A DNA stretch of 43,223 bases, taken from a plasmid. The position numbers and the translations under genes were made by a program. The notes under the pieces were generated by a model, which saw only the letters and a program-made list of their open reading frames with translations, had not been told where the DNA came from and searched no databases. The DNA lies in the sequence record NZ_CP125988.1. One strand, given 5' to 3'. This document shows positions 35,987 through 43,223 of this stretch, piece by piece (position 1 is the stretch's first letter; each line of letters starts with the position of its first letter).

Positions 35987-38490
35987 AGCGTAGAAATGTT
36001 ATAGAACTCATAGGTAACAATACCAAGAGATATCACTCTTGTATTATTACTTGTTTTACATTCGATTTTACCTATTTTGAAGAACGTATTGCACCTATTT
36101 TAAGAGCTGCAAACATTAGAAACATCAATATTTTTGTGGATGGAAATGAATTGATAAAAGCGCAAGAGTTTTTATCAGGTAAAGAATTCTCTTTTCAGAA
36201 AAATTATAATCTTATCGGCGTACATTCAGCACATGGTGTTTTTCATCCTAAAATCATTTATTTGTTTGGACAAGATGAAGGATTATTAACTATTGGTTCA
36301 GGCAATATTACATCATCGGGTTTAAGTTACAATGACGAAGTGTGGTCTTCCTTTCATCACCGAAATTTAGAATCAAGCTATCTTCATTTATTTAGAGCGG
36401 CTTGGTTGTACATAAATCAATTTTTCCAATACGCTTTGGGTGTTGCAAAAGTAAAATTAGATTGGATTCCAACAAATACCCCTTGGTTGGAGGAATTAGT
36501 AAAGAGCCCTAGTTTTGAAGTAAATGATATACAATTTGTTTCAGAAAGTTCTTTAGCTTTTTTAATCAACGAATTACGTTCGAAAAAAATAGAGAAGATG
36601 GTGGTTATTTCACCATATTATGATAAAAGTGGTAAAACTATTGAATTACTTCAACAGCATTTACAACCTCAAAAAGTAGATGTTATTGTAGATCAACATT
36701 CCACTTTATTACCAACCGATATTTTCGAATCTGACCACTGTCATTTTCATTTTTGGGCTGATGTCGTAGAGTCATATGATGAAGAAATCAATCGTCTTCA
36801 TGCCAAAATCTTTTATTTTTCTACAGAAGAATCAGAGTATATGCTCATGGGAAGTGCTAATGCAACTTATGCTGCAATGGGTGATTTGACAAACGTCAAT
36901 AGCAATACAGAAGCTGGTTTATTTTTAAGACGACCAAAACAAACAACGAATTGGTTGAAGGAATTGGGAATCCAAATTCCTAAAAAAGGTATAGCTACTT
37001 CAGAACTTGCAGAAATTTCAAAAATAAATAGGCCTGTAAATCATAAGATAATCTATGAATATCAAATACTTTATGCAGAAAATACGAATGAAAATATAAG
37101 TCTTTATCTTGATAAAATAATCAATCAAGAAGTTTCATTTCAGATCGAAGATCGAGATGGAACTATTTGTAGTGTTCAAGCTATAAAGTATTATGAAAAT
37201 AGAATTGAATTATTTTTAGACCATACATCAGAAGCATTCAAAATTTGCATTTGTCAAGAAGGCAAAAGAGTTTCTAATTATGCAGTGATTCATCAAGTTG
37301 AACAACTTCTAAAAACCAATCCTAATCAAATCAATGCTGATTTAGATATTTTATTAGGAAAAGATAATCTTCAAAATTTTGACTGGTATCATATCATAAA
37401 GTTTGTGGATTTGTCTTGGGTGGATGATGAAAATGAAGTGGCAAATAAAGGGGAATCTACAGCATTTGATAAACGAGAAACTCCAATTTTGGAAACAACT
37501 TCTTATGAAAACCTAAGTTATGAAGATTTTAATACGAATGCCGTTTATCATAAATTATCCAATAGTTCGAATCCTAATATACGCATCACCGATTTTTTCA
37601 TCACCTTATCTAAAGGACTAGACATAACCCATTATGAAGAATCAGAAGAAATTAGATTAGAAATAGAGGGCGAGGCTGATAAAGGAAAATCCGATAAAGT
37701 AGCAACTAATGAAGTAAATATAAGTTGTACTGTTGGTAGGAAGATAAAAAAAGAAGTATCTAATTTTTTAGTGAAATTATATGAATTTCTAGATAATAAA
37801 ATAGATAATGCTTTTCCTGAGAATCCTAAAGAACCTTTAAAACTGGATCAATTACCTAGTGAAACGTATACCATTACAAATTTAAGTAAGGTTATCATTG
37901 CATTAGAATTACTAGGCAAATATTTAGATAGCTTCTATGAGGAAGAAAATGGAAGTAAGATAAAATTTGTAAAAAATGGACCAATTGAAGAAGTAGATAC
38001 AGCAATTGGATTTGTTACGAATACCATAGGACTATTTTATATCGCCTTCAACAAAGGAACTTATATATATGATTATGAATTTCACAACAAAAAACTAAAG
38101 AATTATAAGATACATTTTGTCAACCTGTTATTTTCCTTCGTAGATAAAATTAATTGGCGTAAAAATGAAATATATGCTAAATTGTTACGATTAAATACCA
38201 TTCGTTTTTCAGAATTAACTCCTTTGGAATTATCTGAAATTAGGGAAATGAATCAAGAAGATATCAATAACTATTTTCAATGGAAAGAGCATTTTGATGA
38301 TTTAGAAAAAAGGAGAAAACATTTAATTATAGACGTTAATCAAAGTCTTATTGGGAAAATTATTTTTAATAGTAAATTAGGCTTTTGTTATGTGTCTCAT
38401 GTCAATAACAACTATGAATTAGATATACACACTTTAATTGGAAATATAAAAATTAAGTTGACCAAATGTGTAGTATTTAATTCATTGTAA
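35974..38490 (+). CDS. Phospholipase-D-family nuclease with two HKD motifs (N-terminal ~320 aa) and a ~500-aa C-terminal extension of unknown function
   Basis: HKD-1 'HGVFHPKIIYLFGQDEGLLTIGSGNITSSG'. HKD-2 'LHAKIFYFSTEESEYMLMGSANATYAA'. Confidence 0.75.
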   Translation: MAKIERRNVIELIGNNTKRYHSCIITCFTFDFTYFEERIAPILRAANIRNINIFVDGNELIKAQEFLSGKEFSFQKNYNLIGVHSAHGVFHPKIIYLFGQDEGLLTIGSGNITSSGLSYNDEVWSSFHHRNLESSYLHLFRAAWLYINQFFQYALGVAKVKLDWIPTNTPWLEELVKSPSFEVNDIQFVSESSLAFLINELRSKKIEKMVVISPYYDKSGKTIELLQQHLQPQKVDVIVDQHSTLLPTDIFESDHCHFHFWADVVESYDEEINRLHAKIFYFSTEESEYMLMGSANATYAAMGDLTNVNSNTEAGLFLRRPKQTTNWLKELGIQIPKKGIATSELAEISKINRPVNHKIIYEYQILYAENTNENISLYLDKIINQEVSFQIEDRDGTICSVQAIKYYENRIELFLDHTSEAFKICICQEGKRVSNYAVIHQVEQLLKTNPNQINADLDILLGKDNLQNFDWYHIIKFVDLSWVDDENEVANKGESTAFDKRETPILETTSYENLSYEDFNTNAVYHKLSNSSNPNIRITDFFITLSKGLDITHYEESEEIRLEIEGEADKGKSDKVATNEVNISCTVGRKIKKEVSNFLVKLYEFLDNKIDNAFPENPKEPLKLDQLPSETYTITNLSKVIIALELLGKYLDSFYEEENGSKIKFVKNGPIEEVDTAIGFVTNTIGLFYIAFNKGTYIYDYEFHNKKLKNYKIHFVNLLFSFVDKINWRKNEIYAKLLRLNTIRFSELTPLELSEIREMNQEDINNYFQWKEHFDDLEKRRKHLIIDVNQSLIGKIIFNSKLGFCYVSHVNNNYELDIHTLIGNIKIKLTKCVVFNSL

Positions 38491-38509
38491 TATTAAACAC
38501 TAACCAACC

Positions 38510-41500
38510 ATGACCGAAAACGAAATTGAACAACTCGCTATAGCCTTATTAGAGCATCAAGGATATACTTATATCAACGGGGTTCATTTAGCTCCTGATG
38601 CAGGAGATCTAGAAAGAACATCATTTGAAGAAGTGGTGTTAAAACAACGATTGGAAAATGCAGTTCGCCGTATCAATCCTAATATTCCTTTAGATGCACA
38701 ACAAGATGCTGTAAAGCAAATTTTGCGTATTGCTTCGCCTGATGTGTTATCCAATAACGAAACCTTTCACCGATTACTAACAGAAGGAATTCCGGTCACC
38801 AAACGGGTAAATGGGCAAGAACGTGGAGATCGTGTTTTTTTAATTGATTTTGAAAATCCATTACATAATGAATTTTTAGTAGTCAATCAATTCACAATCG
38901 TAGAAAACGGAGTAAATAAAAGACCAGACATTATTCTTTTTGTAAATGGTTTACCATTGGTTGTGATAGAATTAAAGAACGCCACTGATGATAAAACCAC
39001 CATTCAGTCAGCCTTCCGCCAAATAGAAACCTATAAAGCAATGATTTCTTCATTGTTTACTTTCAATGCTTTTTCCGTTATTTCTGATGGATTAGAAGCA
39101 AAAGCAGGAACTATTTCAGCAGGTTTGAGTCGTTTTATGGCTTGGAAAACCACAGATGGTATTTCAGAAGCTTCTAAACAAATCAGCCAATTAGAAACAT
39201 TGATTAAAGGTATGTTACAACCAACCGTATTATTGGATTTGGTTAGACATTTTGTGGTTTTTGAAAAATTTAGAAAAGAAGACGCTGAAGGTATTGTTAC
39301 CGTTCAAACAGTAAAGAAATTAGCAGCGTATCACCAATATTATGCCGTAAATCGTGCGGTAGAATCAACCAAAAGAGCTTCTGGTTTTATCTCAAAACAA
39401 ACATTAGGGAATTTATTAAATGAATCTCCTGAAAGCTATGGTTTACCAGGTGTTAAAAATCAACCCGAAGGCGACCGTAAAGGTGGTGTAGTTTGGCATA
39501 CACAAGGTTCGGGTAAATCCTTGTCTATGGTGTTTTATACAGGTAAAATTGTGTTAGCCTTAGATAATCCAACGGTTTTAGTGATAACAGACCGTAATGA
39601 TTTGGACGATCAATTATTTGATACGTTTGCTGCTTCTAAACAATTATTGCGTCAAGATCCTGTTCAAGCAACCGATCGCAAACAGTTAAAAGACCTATTG
39701 AAGGTAAATTCAGGAGGCGTAATTTTTACAACGATACAAAAATTTCAACCGGAAGAAGGAAATGTTTTTGAAACCTTATCTGCCAGAGAAAATATCATTG
39801 TCATAGCAGACGAGGCACACCGTACACAGTATGGTTTTAGTGCAAAAACGGTTGATGATAAGGATGAGAACGGTAATGTAATTGGTAAAAAAATCGTGTA
39901 TGGATTTGCCAAATATATGCGTGATGCTTTACCAAATGCTACCTATTTAGGTTTTACAGGAACACCTATAGAAAGTACAGACGTTAATACACCAGCAGTA
40001 TTCGGTAATTATGTCGATATCTATGACATTGCGCAAGCTGTAGAAGATGGTGCAACGGTTCGTATTTTCTATGAAAGCCGATTGGCGAAGGTAAAATTAA
40101 CCGAAGAAGGAAAGGAATTAGTAGATGAGCTGGATGATGAATTGGATCAAGAAGATTTAACATCCACTCAAAAAGCCAAAAGTAAATGGACTCAGTTAGA
40201 AGCCTTGATTGGCGGGAAACAACGTGTCCAAAATATTGCTGCTGATATTGTCGGTCATTTTACGCAACGTCAGGAAGTGTTTCAAGGGAAAGGAATGATC
40301 GTGTCGATGAGTCGTCGTATTGCGGCGGATTTGTATAATGCGATAGTTGCTATTAAACCCGAATGGCATTCGGATGATTTGAAGAAAGGAAAGATTAAAG
40401 TCATTATGACTTCTGCATCTTCGGATGGTCCTGAATTAGCTAAATTCCACACGACCAAAGAGCAACGTAGAATGTTAGCCGAACGTATGAAAGATCCGAA
40501 TGATGAATTAGAATTGGTGATTGTCCGTGATATGTGGTTAACAGGTTTTGATGCTCCTAGTATGCATACCTTGTACATCGATAAACCTATGAAAGGGCAT
40601 AACTTGATGCAAGCGATTGCTCGTGTTAACCGTGTGTATAAAGATAAACCCGGAGGATTAATCGTTGATTATTTAGGGATTGCTTCTGACTTGAAAAAGG
40701 CTCTTGCTTTTTATTCAGATGCAGGTGGAAAAGGTGATCCAGCAGTAGCACAAGAACAGGCAGTAACTTTGATGTTAGAAAAAATTGAAGTGATTTCGGC
40801 CATGTATCATGGTTTCCCTTATGAAGATTATTTTGATGCCGATACATCTAAAAAACTGTCCATGATTTTAGCAGCCGAAGATCATATTTTAGGCCTAGAG
40901 GATGGCAAGAAAAGATACATTAATGAAGTAACCGCTTTATCAAAAGCATTTGCTATTGCTATACCGCATGATCAAGCAATGGATGCTAAAGATGAAATTT
41001 CATTCTTCCAAGCCGTTAAAGCAAGGTTAGCAAAGTTTGATACTACAGGATCGGGCAAAACAGATGAAGAGATTGAAACAACCATTCGACAAGTGATTGA
41101 TCAAGCTTTGGTTTCTGATCAAGTGATTGATGTTTTCGATGCAGCAGGTATTAAGAAACCTGATATTTCTATATTATCCGATGAGTTTTTAATGGAATTG
41201 AAAGATATGCAACATAAAAATGTGGCGTTGGAAGTCTTGAAAAAACTATTGAATGATGAAATAAAATCCCGATCAAAATCCAATTTAGTACAAAGTAAAA
41301 AGTTATTGGAAATGTTGGAGCAGTCAATAAATCGCTACCACAATAAGATTCTAACAGCAGCTGAAGTTATTGATGAATTAATTCATTTAAGTAAAGATAT
41401 TGTTGAAATGGATAATGAGCCTAAAAAGTTAGGATTAACAGAATATGAATATGCTTTTTATACCGCAGTTTCTAATAATGATAGTGCTAAGGAATTAATT

Positions 41501-41719
41501 CAACAAGATCGATTAAGAGAATTAGCTGTAGAATTAACGACTACTATTCAGCAAAATGCAAGTATCGATTGGAATATCAAAGAAAGTGTACGAGCAAAAT
41601 TAAAAGTGGCTGTAAAACGATTATTGCGTAAATATGGATATCCACCAGATATGCAGTTATTGGCAACAGAAACGGTATTAAAACAAGCAGAGATGTTGGC
41701 TAATGAGTTGACCAAGTAA
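38510..41719 (+). CDS. hsdR: Type I restriction enzyme R subunit HsdR (SF2 helicase/translocase + nuclease)
   Basis: Typical HsdR N-terminus. Walker A 'WHTQGSGKSLSMVF'. DEAH box 'IVIADEAHRTQYG'. 1069 aa. Confidence 0.9.
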   Translation: MTENEIEQLAIALLEHQGYTYINGVHLAPDAGDLERTSFEEVVLKQRLENAVRRINPNIPLDAQQDAVKQILRIASPDVLSNNETFHRLLTEGIPVTKRVNGQERGDRVFLIDFENPLHNEFLVVNQFTIVENGVNKRPDIILFVNGLPLVVIELKNATDDKTTIQSAFRQIETYKAMISSLFTFNAFSVISDGLEAKAGTISAGLSRFMAWKTTDGISEASKQISQLETLIKGMLQPTVLLDLVRHFVVFEKFRKEDAEGIVTVQTVKKLAAYHQYYAVNRAVESTKRASGFISKQTLGNLLNESPESYGLPGVKNQPEGDRKGGVVWHTQGSGKSLSMVFYTGKIVLALDNPTVLVITDRNDLDDQLFDTFAASKQLLRQDPVQATDRKQLKDLLKVNSGGVIFTTIQKFQPEEGNVFETLSARENIIVIADEAHRTQYGFSAKTVDDKDENGNVIGKKIVYGFAKYMRDALPNATYLGFTGTPIESTDVNTPAVFGNYVDIYDIAQAVEDGATVRIFYESRLAKVKLTEEGKELVDELDDELDQEDLTSTQKAKSKWTQLEALIGGKQRVQNIAADIVGHFTQRQEVFQGKGMIVSMSRRIAADLYNAIVAIKPEWHSDDLKKGKIKVIMTSASSDGPELAKFHTTKEQRRMLAERMKDPNDELELVIVRDMWLTGFDAPSMHTLYIDKPMKGHNLMQAIARVNRVYKDKPGGLIVDYLGIASDLKKALAFYSDAGGKGDPAVAQEQAVTLMLEKIEVISAMYHGFPYEDYFDADTSKKLSMILAAEDHILGLEDGKKRYINEVTALSKAFAIAIPHDQAMDAKDEISFFQAVKARLAKFDTTGSGKTDEEIETTIRQVIDQALVSDQVIDVFDAAGIKKPDISILSDEFLMELKDMQHKNVALEVLKKLLNDEIKSRSKSNLVQSKKLLEMLEQSINRYHNKILTAAEVIDELIHLSKDIVEMDNEPKKLGLTEYEYAFYTAVSNNDSAKELIQQDRLRELAVELTTTIQQNASIDWNIKESVRAKLKVAVKRLLRKYGYPPDMQLLATETVLKQAEMLANELTK

Positions 41720-41729
41720 ATTTATTATT

Positions 41730-42308
41730 ATGAAGGATATTGATTTATTAATAAAAAATTTTTTTAAAAAGAAAGAATTTGATTCGGATGAATTAAGTAT
41801 GTTAAAGCAAAATATTATTGACAGATTAGGCTATAAATATTATAAACCTTATGAGTCAATAATAAACCTTCATTTATTAAAATTTATTGTTAAAGCTAAT
41901 AAGCCTGAAAAAAATTTACACCCTAAAAAATTAAATACTCTAGAACAGAACATATTTGAACAAGAGCATATTAAAGAAATTTTAAAAAATAAATATAAAG
42001 ATAAAAAAGTATTTGAAATAGCGAATTTATTAGAGATACCACCAAAATATATTATTTCTTTTTATAAAAAAGTAAGTATTGACGTAGACGAAGTAACAAT
42101 AATTAATGATTCTCTATTTGATATAATTTATTTTTATATTAACAAAAGAGAATCAGTTCTTAAATCTAAAAGGACAAGAGAAAGAATTGAAACTAAACCT
42201 CTAAATCCTTATAAAAAAGATAAAAAATCGCTTAGTTCAAATACAGTATATGATAAATTATTACATACTAAAACTTCAGTAAAATTGATTTATATACGAT
42301 CCAAATAG
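41730..42308 (+). CDS. Hypothetical Lys-rich protein (192 aa)
   Basis: ORF 10 bp after hsdR. A convergent bidirectional terminator follows it. Low-complexity composition. Confidence 0.3.
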   Translation: MKDIDLLIKNFFKKKEFDSDELSMLKQNIIDRLGYKYYKPYESIINLHLLKFIVKANKPEKNLHPKKLNTLEQNIFEQEHIKEILKNKYKDKKVFEIANLLEIPPKYIISFYKKVSIDVDEVTIINDSLFDIIYFYINKRESVLKSKRTRERIETKPLNPYKKDKKSLSSNTVYDKLLHTKTSVKLIYIRSK

Positions 42309-42357
42309 TTCATAAAATATTCACTTTCCTTTTCGGACTTTATATCAACCAAAAAAA

Positions 42358-42392
42358 CAAAAATGCTTTCCAAACTGGAAAGCATTTTTATT
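42358..42392. terminator. Bidirectional Rho-independent terminator 'aaatgctttccaaactggaaagcattt'
   Basis: Perfect 11-bp stem with a 5-nt loop. A-run upstream and T-run downstream. Lies between convergent ORFs. Confidence 0.65.
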
Positions 42393-42579
42393 ATAGAAAA
42401 TCAAGAATTTCTTTCTTCATTTTTGTTGAAAATTTTATATTATTTTCCTTTAAAAGATCCTTGTCAATGGATTCGATTTCTTTGATAAGCGGTCTTAAAT
42501 TTTCATCATTAAGAGCTTCTAATTGTGTTTGAAGTTTATACAATCTTAATGAAATTTTCTTTACATTTTTTTCTTCCAT
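42391..42579 (-). CDS. Hypothetical small coiled-coil protein (62 aa)
   Basis: Ends at the shared bidirectional terminator. Otherwise unsupported. Confidence 0.25.
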   Translation of the reverse strand: MEEKNVKKISLRLYKLQTQLEALNDENLRPLIKEIESIDKDLLKENNIKFSTKMKKEILDFL

Positions 42580-42958
42580 AGCTAATAAAAAAATTTAATG
42601 TTATTAATATTGATTTCTAAAATTACAAAATTTTACTGTTTGACACAATTGCTGTACCGATAGAAAAGACGTATTGTAAATATATGTTCAATCTGGGACT
42701 AAAGTTATAGGTATGTTTAGCAAGAGGATACTGCGATGAATCGCAGTAGTAAGATTAAGCACCTGCAAATCAATATCTTACGATATTAGTGTTTTTAAAT
42801 AAAATATATTTTTGAATACTTTTTTTAAAAAAGTATTGAATTTCAATCAAATAGAATTAAAAAAAATATATGCTTCAAATATACTTTTGTGTAAAAATCT
42901 ATTCTAATATACTGATTTTTATCGTATTATTGCATATATTTATTTAAAAAATAAAAAA

Positions 42959-43223
42959 TGAGTAAATCAGATATAACAACGATACGCGTTCAACGTGATT
43001 TGAAAGAAAAAATTGAAGTAATCCAAAAGAATTACCAATACAACTTTATCTATGAAGTCTTAGATGATATGACTAGTTTTTTTTTAAATAATGGATTAAG
43101 TCCGGCTACTAATCTAAATTTAAATATTCACAAGGACATTCAAAAAATCAATGAAGATTTTAAAAAAAGGGATGATAGTTTTCGAAAATGGTTTGGAGAT
43201 CATTTCAAAAAAACTATTGAATT
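42959..43223 (+). CDS. 5' part of a hypothetical gene running off the window end
   Basis: ATG at 42959 with an open frame to the end of the window ('MSKSDITTIRVQRDLKEKIEV...'). Not in the ORF track because it has no stop. Confidence 0.3.

Noticed and set aside
35839-36036. Minus-strand 65-aa ORF at the 537-aa/PLD junction
   Set aside because: Antisense across a translationally coupled junction.
40282-40847. Minus-strand ORFs inside hsdR
   Set aside because: Shadow ORFs.
1-43223. tRNA, rRNA or tmRNA genes
   Set aside because: No cloverleaf-compatible GC-rich 70-90-nt segments or rRNA-like conserved blocks noticed. Every GC-rich hairpin found is explained as a terminator or an IS/repeat end.

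Overview
AT-rich (~30% GC) accessory region that looks like the backbone of a conjugative or mobilizable plasmid or ICE from a Bacteroidota (Flavobacteriia-like) host. Host assignment is an inference from Bacteroides-style MobA/B/C genes, TAnnTTTG-type promoter boxes and a histone-H1-like small protein.

Layout, left to right:
- A mobA-mobB(relaxase)-mobC(T4CP) operon. Its coupling-protein gene is truncated by an IS21-family element (istA/istB, multi-copy terminal repeats).
- A second, unrelated MOBP module (MobC-like RHH protein plus MobA/VirD2-type relaxase).
- An IS91-family rolling-circle element (HUH-Y2 transposase) with an upstream tyrosine recombinase. It sits between two about 130-180 bp structured direct repeats that also enclose a three-gene operon of unknown function.
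- A GmrSD-like (DUF262/DUF1524) type IV restriction gene with a tandem zinc-ribbon mini-protein upstream.
- An ArdC antirestriction gene and a parA-like ATPase, each preceded by one copy of a ~170-bp repeat.
- A putative Rep gene followed by an array of at least 15 iterons (18 bp) and an AT-rich DUE, i.e. a vegetative origin.
- A stand-alone topoisomerase-C-terminal zinc-ribbon protein and an unannotated 58-aa histone-H1-like gene.
- umuDC, an HTH/PIN toxin-antitoxin pair, and a serine resolvase.

The most unusual locus is 26.8-41.7 kb. A WYL (BrxR-like) regulator precedes a single + strand operon (two transcription units if the hairpin after hsdS terminates): [HsdM-like MTase with degenerate catalytic motifs + one TRD + complete histidine-kinase core] - [REC response regulator with unknown output] - hsdM - hsdS - [537-aa unknown] - [838-aa double-HKD PLD nuclease] - hsdR. 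I read this as a type I RM system with a DNA-reading two-component module fused in front and a two-gene candidate defence module between hsdS and hsdR. I do not know either arrangement from described systems.
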